A DNA stretch of 32,000 bases from Vibrio alginolyticus NBRC 15630 = ATCC 17749 (GCF_000354175.2 NC_022349.1:1230001-1262000), one strand, 5' to 3'. Shown: positions 8,546 through 18,134, numbered from the stretch's first letter. A program made the numbers and translations. The notes: generated from the letters alone by a model not told the origin.

Positions 8546-10132
8546 ATGCCGATATCGCTCGGAAACGCTTTTATCAAGAACTTCCTTGGTAAAGCGCCTG
8601 ATTGGTACAAAGTTGCCATTATAGCCTTCTTAATAATTAACCCGATTGTATTCTTCCTAATAAACCCATTTGTAGCTGGATGGTTGTTGGTCGCTGAATT
8701 TATTTTCACGCTAGCAATGGCATTAAAATGCTACCCATTACAACCTGGCGGTTTACTTGCTATTGAAGCCATTGCTATCGGCATGACTAGCCCTGCGCAA
8801 GTTAAGCACGAATTAGTAGCAAATATCGAAGTACTGCTACTTCTGGTGTTTATGGTTGCGGGCATCTACTTCATGAAGCAGCTATTGCTGTTCATTTTTA
8901 CCAAAATTTTACTTGGCATTCGCTCTAAAACCCTACTATCACTCGCGTTCTGCTTTGCTGCGGCATTTTTGTCTGCATTTTTGGATGCCTTGACGGTTAT
9001 CGCCGTTGTTATCAGCGTGGCGATCGGCTTTTACTCTATCTATCACAAAGTAGCGTCTGGTAACCCTATCGGTGACCATGACCATACACAAGATGACACG
9101 ATCACTGAACTAACGCGTGATGACTTAGAAAACTATCGTGCCTTTTTGCGCTCTTTGTTGATGCATGCTGGTGTAGGTACTGCCTTAGGTGGCGTAACCA
9201 CGATGGTTGGTGAACCTCAAAACTTAATTATTGCAGACCAAGCGGGTTGGTTATTTGGTGAATTCCTAATCCGTATGTCTCCAGTGACACTACCTGTATT
9301 TTTCTGTGGTCTCATCACTTGTGCTTTAGTTGAAAAGCTTAAAGTGTTTGGCTACGGCGCGAAGCTTCCTAATAACGTTCGTCAGATCCTCGTCGATTTT
9401 GACCGTGAAGAGCGTAAAACGCGAACAAATCAAGATGTCGCAAAACTCTGGGTTCAAGGTCTTATTGCGGTTTGGTTGATCGTTGCACTCGCTTTGCACT
9501 TAGCTGCTGTCGGCTTAATTGGCCTTTCTGTGATCATTTTAGCGACCGCATTTACTGGTGTCATTGAAGAGCACTCCATGGGGAAAGCGTTTGAAGAGGC
9601 CCTGCCCTTCACTGCACTGCTTGCAGTATTTTTCTCGATCGTTGCTGTAATCATTGACCAAGAGCTGTTTAAACCAGTCATCGATGCGGTGCTTGCCGTT
9701 GAAGATAAAGGTACTCAGCTAGCTCTGTTCTATGTGGCGAATGGCTTATTATCTATGGTGTCGGATAACGTGTTCGTTGGTACGGTTTACATCAATGAAG
9801 TAAAAACTGCACTCATTGAGGGCCTCATTACTCGTGATCAGTTCGACTTACTGGCGGTGGCAATCAATACTGGTACTAACCTGCCTTCTGTTGCAACGCC
9901 AAACGGTCAAGCGGCATTCCTATTCTTACTCACATCGGCTCTCGCTCCATTAATTCGTCTGTCTTACGGTCGAATGGTTATCATGGCGCTGCCTTACACC
10001 GTCGTTCTTGCGATTGTCGGTCTGATGGGAATCATGTTCTTCCTAGAGCCTGCAACAGCTTCTTTCTACGAAGCTGGTTGGATTTTACCTCATAGTGGTG
10101 ATCTGACTCCCGTAGTATCCGGTGGTCACTAA
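8546..10132 (+). CDS. nhaB: Na+/H+ antiporter NhaB
   Basis: The track starts at 8510. The E. coli NhaB N-terminus ([22 protein letters not shown]) aligns with [22 protein letters not shown], which begins at ATG 8546 and has an AAAGAGAA SD-like run upstream. 528 aa, polytopic, with long identical blocks such as [23 protein letters not shown] and [33 protein letters not shown]. Confidence 0.95.
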   Translation: MPISLGNAFIKNFLGKAPDWYKVAIIAFLIINPIVFFLINPFVAGWLLVAEFIFTLAMALKCYPLQPGGLLAIEAIAIGMTSPAQVKHELVANIEVLLLLVFMVAGIYFMKQLLLFIFTKILLGIRSKTLLSLAFCFAAAFLSAFLDALTVIAVVISVAIGFYSIYHKVASGNPIGDHDHTQDDTITELTRDDLENYRAFLRSLLMHAGVGTALGGVTTMVGEPQNLIIADQAGWLFGEFLIRMSPVTLPVFFCGLITCALVEKLKVFGYGAKLPNNVRQILVDFDREERKTRTNQDVAKLWVQGLIAVWLIVALALHLAAVGLIGLSVIILATAFTGVIEEHSMGKAFEEALPFTALLAVFFSIVAVIIDQELFKPVIDAVLAVEDKGTQLALFYVANGLLSMVSDNVFVGTVYINEVKTALIEGLITRDQFDLLAVAINTGTNLPSVATPNGQAAFLFLLTSALAPLIRLSYGRMVIMALPYTVVLAIVGLMGIMFFLEPATASFYEAGWILPHSGDLTPVVSGGH

Positions 10133-10166
10133 AATTTGAGTTGATTAGGAAACTTATCCACGATAA

Positions 10167-10198
10167 AAAGCTCTGAGTATTCAGAGCTTTTTCTATTT
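10167..10198 (+). terminator. Rho-independent terminator of nhaB
   Basis: A perfect 10-bp stem pairs aaagctctga (10167-10176) with tcagagcttt (10181-10190) around a GTAT loop, followed by TTCTATTT. Confidence 0.75.
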
Positions 10199-10215
10199 CA
10201 GACAGGAACAAAAAC

Positions 10216-10752
10216 GTGACTATTTTAAATTCACTTAACCAGTTTTCAAAGGGACGTTTATCGTGGCTACTGCTTCTGCTATTCGTCGTTTTCTTTGAAG
10301 CATGTGCCCTCTATTTTCAGCACGTCATGATGCTTGCACCATGTGTCATGTGTATTTATGAAAGAGTCGCGATGATGGGAGTGGGCGTCGCTGCAATGGT
10401 TGGTATATTGGCACCCAAGAACCCAATTTTCCGCTGGCTAGGTTTGATAGGCTGGGGATTAAGTGCTTACAAGGGTTTGTTACTTGCGATGCAGCACGTT
10501 GACTACCAGTTTAATCCATCACCATTCGCGACTTGCGATTTATTCGTCACATTCCCTAGCTGGGCTCCGCTCAATCAGTGGGTTCCTTGGATGTTTGAAG
10601 CATATGGTGATTGCTCTAAGGTTGTATGGCAGTTCCTTGATTTATCAATGCCACAATGGTTAGTCGTAATTTTTGCAGGCAATTTAATCGCTTTGGCATT
10701 AATTGTAATTGCACAATTCTTCCCTGCAAAACGCGTTAATCCAATTCGTTAA
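10216..10752 (+). CDS. dsbB: Disulfide oxidoreductase DsbB
   Basis: 178 aa with a GTG start. The first redox pair is CVMC, inside the FQHVMMLAPCVMCIYER block that matches E. coli DsbB. The second pair is in …FATCDLF… and …GDCSKV…. Four TM segments. Confidence 0.93.
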   Translation: MTILNSLNQFSKGRLSWLLLLLFVVFFEACALYFQHVMMLAPCVMCIYERVAMMGVGVAAMVGILAPKNPIFRWLGLIGWGLSAYKGLLLAMQHVDYQFNPSPFATCDLFVTFPSWAPLNQWVPWMFEAYGDCSKVVWQFLDLSMPQWLVVIFAGNLIALALIVIAQFFPAKRVNPIR

Positions 10753-10776
10753 TCCTACTGACGCGTAAAAATTAAC

Positions 10777-10807
10777 AAAAAGCCGACCATCTGGTCGGCT
10801 TTTTGTT
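10777..10807. terminator. Bidirectional terminator between dsbB and the YecA-like gene
   Basis: The stem pairs (aaaa)agccgacc (10781-10788) with ggtcggct(tttt) (10793-10800) around a 4-nt loop. An A-run precedes it and a T-run follows. Confidence 0.75.
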
Positions 10808-10840
10808 AAGTGGATAGCGCGGCGATTCGACTTAGCCGCG

Positions 10841-11449
10841 TTATTGACCACAGCACTGCTTGAATTTTTTTCCGCTCTCACAAGGACAGAGATCATTGCG
10901 CCCGATACCTTTGAATGGGTTTAGGCTTTGAGCTTTATTGCCTACCATCAACTCATCCGCGCCCAGCGCGACTTCACCGACCATTAAATCAAGCTGGTCG
11001 ACTAAATCTGTCAGGGCCGGTGGCGTTTCAATACCTGCGTCGCGCATCTGTTGCTGCGTTGCTGGCTCATCGATCGCCAGCATCAAAGTGGTCAGTAATG
11101 CTTGCAGCATACGCTGTAATCCATCATTGAGCTCAACGTCTTGCCACTGTTCTTCAATCATTGGCCAAACAGACATAAAGCCTTCGGCAAAATCAGCAAG
11201 TTGTTCAGGTTCTTTGCCTGTTAGCTCTAGCACGGAATATTCGTTTCGTTGAATTCGGTTATGCTGCTTGTGAATTTGCTCTTCCACAGCTGGTTGAATC
11301 GCTTTGAATCCCTCACCTAATAGCGGCTCTAACCACTTTTCAGGAGCGAGTGGTTTTGTCGTCAGATTCGCAGCTAACACTGCGCCTTCGATAAATAGGC
11401 AAGATTCATCGACGTGAACTTCACCTTTTTCAATCAATGTGTATTGCAT
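10841..11449 (-). CDS. YecA-like UPF0149-family protein with C-terminal SEC-C metal-binding motif
   Basis: 202 aa, acidic. The C-terminal GRNDLCPCESGKKFKQCCGQ is the SecA-type CPC…CC zinc/iron-binding tail, also present at the end of E. coli YecA. Confidence 0.8.
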   Translation of the reverse strand: MQYTLIEKGEVHVDESCLFIEGAVLAANLTTKPLAPEKWLEPLLGEGFKAIQPAVEEQIHKQHNRIQRNEYSVLELTGKEPEQLADFAEGFMSVWPMIEEQWQDVELNDGLQRMLQALLTTLMLAIDEPATQQQMRDAGIETPPALTDLVDQLDLMVGEVALGADELMVGNKAQSLNPFKGIGRNDLCPCESGKKFKQCCGQ

Positions 11450-11552
11450 GACATCTGGTTTCCCATAAATTTGGCGGCATTATACCTCAGAGCTCAAAAG
11501 CAAGTAACCTAACGTTGTGTGTTTGACGGCATTGGGCGCTTCGAGTCTTTTA

Positions 11553-11581
11553 ATGACAAACTTAACTTACATCGCTACAAT
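11553..11581 (+). promoter_or_regulatory. Candidate sigma70 promoter for dusC
   Basis: ATGACA (11553-11558), a 17-nt spacer, then TACAAT (11576-11581), about 40 nt upstream of the dusC ATG. It is a pattern match only. Confidence 0.3.
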
Positions 11582-11619
11582 CGCCCTCCTTTTTACCACC
11601 AAACTGTATTAGGCAAGCT

Positions 11620-12579
11620 ATGCGAGTTGTACTAGGCCCAATGGAAGGCGTTTTAGATCATTTGATGCGCCAAATCCTGACCGAGATAAACGACTATGAC
11701 CTGTGTGTTACGGAGTTTGTTCGCGTAATCGACCAGCTATTACCCGATCATGTGTTTCACCGTTTATGCCCAGAGCTGTTGCAAGGTTCTCAGACTGCAT
11801 CTGGTGTGCCAGTACATGTGCAATTGTTGGGACAGGAACCGAACTGGATGGCTGAGAACGCAATTAAAGCGGCAAATCTTGGTGCCAGAGGCATTGATAT
11901 AAACTTTGGTTGCCCAGCCAAAATGGTCAACAAAAGTAAAGGTGGAGCAGCGCTACTCCAGCATCCAGAGCTCATTCACCGTGTTGTGAAAGCTTGTCGA
12001 GAAGCCGTTCCAGAAGCCATTCCCGTAACTGCAAAAATTCGTCTTGGCTGGGAGAACCCTGAAGATTGCTTTGAAATTGTCGATGCCATTCAGTCTGCTG
12101 GCGCAAATGAATTGACCGTACACGCACGTACTAAACAAGGTGGTTATAAAGCTTCTGAGATAAAATGGGATTACATCAACCAAATTCGCGAACGTTTCGA
12201 TATCCCACTGATAGCGAATGGTGAAATTTGGAATTATGAAGACGGTCAACGTTGCATTGAAACGACTGGCGTTAACTCTTTGATGGTGTGCCGAGGCGCT
12301 TTCAATATCCCTAACTTAGGCAATATGGTGAAACATAACCACCAGCCAATGTCATGGCCCGAGGTGGTTGAGTTGCTCATCTATTACTCCAAGTTTGAGA
12401 TGAAAGGCGATAAAGGCTTGTATTACCCAAACCGCGTAAAACAATGGTTCTCTTACTTACGTCAGGCTTATCCTGAAGCAAAAGACCTATTTAGAGAAAT
12501 CAGAACGTTCAACAAAGCCGCACCAATTGTTGAGCATATTCAACGCTACCGCGATGACTTAAACTCTCAGGTTGCATAA
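11620..12579 (+). CDS. dusC: tRNA-dihydrouridine(16) synthase DusC
   Basis: 319 aa. Collinear with E. coli DusC (MRVVLGPMEGVLDHLMRQILTEINDYDLCVTEFVRV… versus [36 protein letters not shown]…), including the catalytic Cys region NFGCPAK. Confidence 0.92.
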   Translation: MRVVLGPMEGVLDHLMRQILTEINDYDLCVTEFVRVIDQLLPDHVFHRLCPELLQGSQTASGVPVHVQLLGQEPNWMAENAIKAANLGARGIDINFGCPAKMVNKSKGGAALLQHPELIHRVVKACREAVPEAIPVTAKIRLGWENPEDCFEIVDAIQSAGANELTVHARTKQGGYKASEIKWDYINQIRERFDIPLIANGEIWNYEDGQRCIETTGVNSLMVCRGAFNIPNLGNMVKHNHQPMSWPEVVELLIYYSKFEMKGDKGLYYPNRVKQWFSYLRQAYPEAKDLFREIRTFNKAAPIVEHIQRYRDDLNSQVA

Positions 12580-12590
12580 CTCCCGAACAC

Positions 12591-12620
12591 AAAAAAGGAC
12601 GAATATCTCGTCCTTTTTTG
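12591..12620. terminator. Bidirectional terminator between dusC and the diguanylate cyclase gene
   Basis: The sequence is aaaaaaggacga (12591-12602), an atatc loop, then tcgtcctttttt (12608-12619). The A6 and T6 flanks make it usable on both strands. Confidence 0.75.
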
Positions 12621-12630
12621 TACCTAAATC

Positions 12631-14091
12631 CTAGTAACAGATCTTATTTTTGCCGGTACTTTTGGCTTGATATAACTTTTCATCCGCCGCTTTAAACAAT
12701 TCATCAAAGTTTTCTACTCGGCTCTCTTTACTAAACACCACACCGCCAGAGATCGTAAAGCCTTCTTTCGTTACGCGTATCGAGCGCTCATCTATGGCTT
12801 TTTTTACTCTGTCTAAAATGAGTTTAATGCCTTCTGAATCTTCGTCATAAATAGCTAAAACGAACTCTTCGCCACCAAACCTTGAGGCAACATCGGTATG
12901 GCGAATATTTTCACGTATACATTTTGCAACAAGCTGAATTGCAGAATCACCGACATCATGACCATAGGTGTCGTTGATCTTCTTGAAGTTATCAATATCG
13001 AACACTGCCAAAGCAACCTGTTTTTTTGTCATCTTATTACGCCACACGGTTTGCATACCTCGACGATTCAATAAGCTGGTCATTGGGTCTCTTGCTGCCA
13101 GTTCTTTAAAGTAACGTCGCTCGCTATGCATATTCACATAGAACAAGACGACGGTACTCAGCACGTAAATAAATAGTGCAACAATAAGGCTGTATTTTTC
13201 AAAAACCGCTAGGTTCTTAGCTTCATCCCAAAGGTTGTACTCGTAGTACATGCTGTGATTCGCACTCAATCGCTCTAATTCGACTGGTTTGATTCGTGTA
13301 CTGTTTGAAGGAATGGATTGTAAATTGGAAACCAAATGAAACTGACCAACAAGACCTAGCGACGAAGCCATGAGCGTATTGATGTCAAAATCAATAGACA
13401 AAACACCTTGATGTTCTCCTTTCTCATAGACGGGTACCGTCATACTAATGACTTGACCTTCCATCGAGTCCAACACAGGCCCTGGTCCAGCCAAGGTAAT
13501 GTTCACTTTATCTTGCGCGGTTTTTTGCCAAAAAGGTCGGGCTTTTAGCGTTGACAAAAGCTCTCTTGTGAAATTTTTTGCGTAGGTATCGGGTGAGGAG
13601 ATAACGTAACCGCGCTTGTCAATGTAATGGATTCCAACAATGTGCGATTCAATATCGTGCAGAAATGACAATGACGGCGCAAAACCCGCCTTTTGTTCAG
13701 CTAACTGGTTAATCGTTGAACCTTGCTGACATAAGCTTTCGTCCCCTACGATCATATAATCAAGGTCAACCGCAGGTAACCCTTCACTATAAACACTTTC
13801 GAGTAATAACACATCTATAGGCCAAAGATAACAAAGCCCTTCTTTGACTAAAGAATTATGTTCTTCAAACAGTGGGTTAGCGTAATTGGTATAGTTGGTG
13901 AAGCTGTAATCTAAAGCCGTGAGTACTTTAATACCGCGAGACATTGCACGCTCGATACGCGAATACTCAGAATCGATATAGCGGTTAACCGCATCATAGT
14001 AATTTTTCGTTGTCACGAGTAAAACCACTACAAATAACGCCAGAGGAAAAAAGATGACAAATGAGAGGCTAAATCGCCTTTGGTTTACCAT
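12631..14091 (-). CDS. Membrane-bound diguanylate cyclase with periplasmic (Cache-like) sensor domain
   Basis: 486 aa. TM1 is FSLSFVIFFPLALFVVVLLV, followed by a ~260-aa periplasmic segment whose tail (ISMTVPVYEKGEHQGVLSIDFDINTL) is Cache-like. TM2 is YSLIVALFIYVLSTVVLFYV. The GGDEF domain has an intact A-site GGEEF and an I-site RHTD five residues upstream. Confidence 0.9.
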   Translation of the reverse strand: MVNQRRFSLSFVIFFPLALFVVVLLVTTKNYYDAVNRYIDSEYSRIERAMSRGIKVLTALDYSFTNYTNYANPLFEEHNSLVKEGLCYLWPIDVLLLESVYSEGLPAVDLDYMIVGDESLCQQGSTINQLAEQKAGFAPSLSFLHDIESHIVGIHYIDKRGYVISSPDTYAKNFTRELLSTLKARPFWQKTAQDKVNITLAGPGPVLDSMEGQVISMTVPVYEKGEHQGVLSIDFDINTLMASSLGLVGQFHLVSNLQSIPSNSTRIKPVELERLSANHSMYYEYNLWDEAKNLAVFEKYSLIVALFIYVLSTVVLFYVNMHSERRYFKELAARDPMTSLLNRRGMQTVWRNKMTKKQVALAVFDIDNFKKINDTYGHDVGDSAIQLVAKCIRENIRHTDVASRFGGEEFVLAIYDEDSEGIKLILDRVKKAIDERSIRVTKEGFTISGGVVFSKESRVENFDELFKAADEKLYQAKSTGKNKICY

Positions 14092-14265
14092 TGAGTACCA
14101 TGCATATGAAAGGTCAATAGTCTCTTATGACTGCTATTAAATTGATACTCGTTATCTGGTGACGCATGCAATGCAGCACCAGATAACAAGAGACCAAACA
14201 AATGTGTGCGCGCTGTTTGAGACCGTTTATATATTAAAGGAGTTTAATCAATATAGAGTGTGGTG

Positions 14266-16092
14266 TCACTTTAGTCGCCATAATTTGCAGCTTTGTGCCG
14301 ACATATTGACAGAGATATGACCTTTATAATCAACCTGTTCTGTGTCACCTAACAACGATACAACTTGGCTAACCTCCAAGCCCAGTTGCCACATAGGTAA
14401 ATCGATTGAACATTCATTACCACTGAGATTAATCATTACAACGACTGCTTCACGACCCAGTACACGTGCGTACGCCAACTGGTTGTTAGTGCAATGAAGC
14501 CATTGAATACAGCCCGACTGTAAAGGCTTACATTGTTTACGTATCTTGATCCATTGTTGGTAAAGCGATAGCCATTGTGAACTTTCAATTTCATTCCAAG
14601 GAAAACAACGACGATTATCCGGGTCCAGCCCTCCCTCTAGTCCGACTTCACTCCCATAGTAAATACAAGGTGTACCGACGTATGTCATAAGCATTGCTAG
14701 CGCGATGTTCATTTTACGCTTATCACCATCAACCAGTGTGATAAAACGAGCAGTATCATGACTATCGAGTTGATTTAGCTGCGATAGCTGATTCGAAAAT
14801 GGGATTTTTACTCTGGCTTCGTCCAACCATGCTTTAAACTCCAAACCATCAATGTTGATTGGATCGTACACAATGTCTTGTCGTGCGATAAAAGCTCGGA
14901 CTGGATGAGCAAAACCGTAGTAGTTCATCGCCCCATCCTCTTGATCACCTTGCAACCACTGCGTTGCTTCAAAAAAGTGCTCACCTAACACATAAGCATT
15001 CGGGTTTACTGACTTAGTCGCATTACGAAACGCTGCCACATAATGAGCATTGTTTTTCGCGCCGTCCCCTTCGCCAAGCATATGAATTACATCAAACCGC
15101 CAGCCATCAACCAAGTACGGTGGCTTCAGCCAATACTTAATGACAGAATCTTCACTTTGGTAGATGTAGTCGCGCACCTGTTCATTTTCAAAGTTCAGAA
15201 CCGGTAAGTTACCAATGCCTTTCCAACCAATGTAGTGATTGGTTTCACCTTCGAAAAAGTAGTAATCACGGAACTTTGACTGCGGATTGCCATACGCTCC
15301 TTCTCCTTTTTGATGGATATCAAACCAAGGATGATGCACTGACGTGTGGTTAAACACCGCGTCTAAGACAATCTTCATATTCTTACCACGGATTTTCTCA
15401 CACAGTTCAGCAAACTGATCATTGGTGCCGAACATAGGGTCAACAGTGAAGTAATCGGTGGTGTCGTATTTATGATTACTTGGTGAAGAAAAGATCGGAT
15501 TAAAATAAAGCGCAGTAACGCCGAGCTGTTCAAGATAGTCCAACTTTTGCTCCACACCTTTGAGGTCGCCACCAAAGAATTCACGTGCCCCGGTATTTTG
15601 GTGAGAGCCTACCGCGTCTCCCCACGCCTTGACGATCGATGCAGAATCATACTGAGCATAAGCGTGGCGAATATCAGACTCACTTTTACTAGCAGAAAAA
15701 CGGTCAGGAAAGATTTGATAGAAAACTTGCTCTTGGACCCAGCTTGGTGGTTGATGCTCTACATTCAACTTAAAGTGGAACTCTTTGGGTGGAATACGCT
15801 TTTGTACGCCTCGTGCATCGAGCCAGTATTGTTGTCCGTCTTTGAGGAGCTTAAACACATAATGTGTGACATCTCGATCTTGATTTGGTCGAAACGATGC
15901 CTCCCATAGTAATAATTCACCAGCCGTTCCTACTTGAGCCATGTCGACCAGATATTCTTCATTGTCCGGTTCAATACGCACATAGACGGAATCAAAATCC
16001 AATGTCTCGGTTTTCAGTCTGACTGTAACTTGCTCGTCATTAAAAGCTAAACCATCAATAGTTTGACTATGAAAAATAAATGGCAGGTTCAT
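14266..16092 (-). CDS. malZ: Maltodextrin glucosidase (GH13), MalZ-like
   Basis: The track starts at GTG 16101. The ATG at 16092 has GAGGAG (16101-16106) 8 nt upstream. GH13 conserved regions are present: DAVFNH, GWRFDVIHM, VLGEHF and NQLDSHD. Collinear with E. coli MalZ (YQIFPDRF…GGDL.G….LDYL..LGVTALY.NP.F). Confidence 0.88.
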   Translation of the reverse strand: MNLPFIFHSQTIDGLAFNDEQVTVRLKTETLDFDSVYVRIEPDNEEYLVDMAQVGTAGELLLWEASFRPNQDRDVTHYVFKLLKDGQQYWLDARGVQKRIPPKEFHFKLNVEHQPPSWVQEQVFYQIFPDRFSASKSESDIRHAYAQYDSASIVKAWGDAVGSHQNTGAREFFGGDLKGVEQKLDYLEQLGVTALYFNPIFSSPSNHKYDTTDYFTVDPMFGTNDQFAELCEKIRGKNMKIVLDAVFNHTSVHHPWFDIHQKGEGAYGNPQSKFRDYYFFEGETNHYIGWKGIGNLPVLNFENEQVRDYIYQSEDSVIKYWLKPPYLVDGWRFDVIHMLGEGDGAKNNAHYVAAFRNATKSVNPNAYVLGEHFFEATQWLQGDQEDGAMNYYGFAHPVRAFIARQDIVYDPINIDGLEFKAWLDEARVKIPFSNQLSQLNQLDSHDTARFITLVDGDKRKMNIALAMLMTYVGTPCIYYGSEVGLEGGLDPDNRRCFPWNEIESSQWLSLYQQWIKIRKQCKPLQSGCIQWLHCTNNQLAYARVLGREAVVVMINLSGNECSIDLPMWQLGLEVSQVVSLLGDTEQVDYKGHISVNMSAQSCKLWRLK

Positions 16093-16151
16093 TATGGGCA
16101 CTCCTCGTCATCGGATATGCCACTATGTTATTGAAGAATTAGAGACAAGAA

Positions 16152-16197
16152 ATCCTCCCTGCGAGTTGACATATCAGCCAATTTTCCCAAGGAGGAT
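16152..16197 (-). promoter_or_regulatory. Inverted pair of GGAGGAT motifs upstream of malZ (possible MalT-box-like sites, or an RNA hairpin)
   Basis: atcctcc (16152-16158) and ggaggat (16191-16197) are exact reverse complements 32 nt apart. GGAGGA fits the MalT core hexamer GGA(T/G)GA. The copy oriented with malZ lies about 60 nt upstream of the ATG. Confidence 0.25.
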
Positions 16198-16233
16198 CAC
16201 ACTTAGTAGGCGTAGTGACTTGTCGGATACCGC

Positions 16234-17028
16234 TTAGTTCAACAAAAGACTGTCATCTGCAAGCTCTTCACCACGCACTTTAGAGAACATATCCAGCAAG
16301 TCTGGTACTTGCATGTTAGCACGCTGCTCTCCAGCCACATCAAGCACAATTTCACCTTGGTGAAGCATTACGGTCCTATCGCCACATGCTAATGCGTCTT
16401 TCATCGAATGCGTCACCATCATCACTGTTAAATCGAACTCATCGACAATACGTTTAGTTAAGTCGATAACAAACGCCGCCATACGAGGATCAAGCGCAGC
16501 CGTGTGTTCATCAAGCAACAACAACTTACTCTCCGATAACGTCGCCATCACAAGGCTAACGGCTTGTCGTTGTCCACCAGACAGCAACCCAATGCTATCG
16601 CCCAAGCGGTCTTCTAAACCAAGACCGAGGATGCTAATTCGCTCTTGGAACAGCTTGCGACGTTTGGTAGAGAGCGCCAACCCCCAGCTGCGTTTTTTAC
16701 CACGCATGTGCGCTAGAGCCATGTTCTCTTCTATCGTCAGTTCACCACAAGTCCCGGCCAATGGATCTTGAAACACTCGGGCACATTGCGTCGCACGTTG
16801 GGCTACCGTCTGCTTGGTGACGTCTTTACCATCAATGATCACCTGACCACCTATCATCGGCGTCTCACCTGTCACCGCACCAAGCAACGTCGATTTTCCT
16901 GCGCCATTAGAACCAATCACGGTAAGAAATTGATGCTCTGGAACCTCTAAAGAGACGCCTTTCAATGCACGATTTTCCAAAATCGTCCCTGGGTTGAACG
17001 TGACCTGAATGTTATTTAGTTCGATCAT
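16234..17028 (-). CDS. ABC transporter ATP-binding protein
   Basis: 264 aa. Walker A GSNGAGKST, signature LSGGQRQ and Walker B LLLLDEHTAALD. Its ATG overlaps the permease stop in ATGA (17025-17028), which indicates translational coupling. Confidence 0.92.
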   Translation of the reverse strand: MIELNNIQVTFNPGTILENRALKGVSLEVPEHQFLTVIGSNGAGKSTLLGAVTGETPMIGGQVIIDGKDVTKQTVAQRATQCARVFQDPLAGTCGELTIEENMALAHMRGKKRSWGLALSTKRRKLFQERISILGLGLEDRLGDSIGLLSGGQRQAVSLVMATLSESKLLLLDEHTAALDPRMAAFVIDLTKRIVDEFDLTVMMVTHSMKDALACGDRTVMLHQGEIVLDVAGEQRANMQVPDLLDMFSKVRGEELADDSLLLN

Positions 17029-17960
17029 AATGCCTCCCCAGAACCATTTTTTGATGCCGCTTGTTTAGCATCAGTAACGCGTTGTTTCGCTCTCATGCTC
17101 TGTTTTAGCTTTGGAGCAATAAGCGCCACAGCCACCAATACTGCGGTAACCAGGTTGAGGTCTGAAGCTTGTAAACCAAACATGCCAGAACTCAAAGCGA
17201 AAGCCACTGCAAGACGATAAAGTACCGAACCGATGATGACCGCAAATACCGCAACCCAAATCTTGCGCCCGGGAATAAGGGTCTGCCCCAAAATCACAGC
17301 TGCCAAACCAACGACAATGGTGCCCACGCCAGAGGTCACATCCGCAAAGCTGTTCGTTTGTGCAAACAACGCGCCTGCGAATCCCACAAACCCGTTGGAT
17401 AAAGCCAAGCCAAAGTAGGTATAAAAGCCAGTGCTCGCCCCTTGCGCAGAAACCATACGCGCATTCACACCCGTGGCTCGTAAACCAAGACCAAAGTCGC
17501 TGTTCAGCAGGCGAATGACAAAGAAAGCGGACAGAAGAACTAAGGCCCCAACAACCAGAGGGCGAATAAACATCGCATCGCCCAATGCTTCAAACGGAGT
17601 GAGAATCGTATCCTCTCCAAGCAACGCCATATTAGGTTTGCCCATAATACGAATATTAATTGAAAATGCAGCGATCATGGTAAGAATGGAAGCTAACAGG
17701 TGTAAAATACCACACCGAACAGCCAGAAAAGCGGTTACCCACCCCGTCATACTACCAGCTATCATCGCCATTATTGTCGCAAGCCAAGGATTAATACCTG
17801 CGACAATCGCCGTTGCAGCCACCGCAGCTCCCATTGGAAAGCTGCCATCCACACTCAAATCGGGGAAATCGAGAACACGGAACGTAAGATACACACCCAG
17901 AGCGACTAGGCCATAAATCAAGCCAATTTCGAGTGCGCCAAAAAAAGCAAATGCAGACAT
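17025..17960 (-). CDS. ABC transporter permease (polytopic)
   Basis: The track starts at 17999. The ATG at 17960 is preceded by AAAGGAG. 311 aa, about 8-10 hydrophobic helices, with a Lys/Ala-rich cytoplasmic tail. Confidence 0.88.
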   Translation of the reverse strand: MSAFAFFGALEIGLIYGLVALGVYLTFRVLDFPDLSVDGSFPMGAAVAATAIVAGINPWLATIMAMIAGSMTGWVTAFLAVRCGILHLLASILTMIAAFSINIRIMGKPNMALLGEDTILTPFEALGDAMFIRPLVVGALVLLSAFFVIRLLNSDFGLGLRATGVNARMVSAQGASTGFYTYFGLALSNGFVGFAGALFAQTNSFADVTSGVGTIVVGLAAVILGQTLIPGRKIWVAVFAVIIGSVLYRLAVAFALSSGMFGLQASDLNLVTAVLVAVALIAPKLKQSMRAKQRVTDAKQAASKNGSGEAL

Positions 17961-18134
17961 AACTGCTCCTTTCTGCATGCTCAGGCTGGCTAATACCAAC
18001 CTGAACGTAAGACTTCTAACGTATACTCCCCTTCTTCTCTAGCAGAATGCTCTACACGAGAAATCCGGCGAGTATCAATTTTGGGGCAAGCGTCTACCAA
18101 CCAACGTGACAGGCTTAACCCCAAAAAGCGTTAC

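Noticed and set aside
14092-16233. A functional malZ-DGC-ABC 'system' linking sugar uptake and hydrolysis to c-di-GMP
   Set aside because: The only evidence is same-strand adjacency. The DGC gene has its own 174-bp upstream region, malZ has its own SD and putative regulatory motifs, and the ABC binding protein is not of the sugar-binding type. The link is too speculative to report as a finding.
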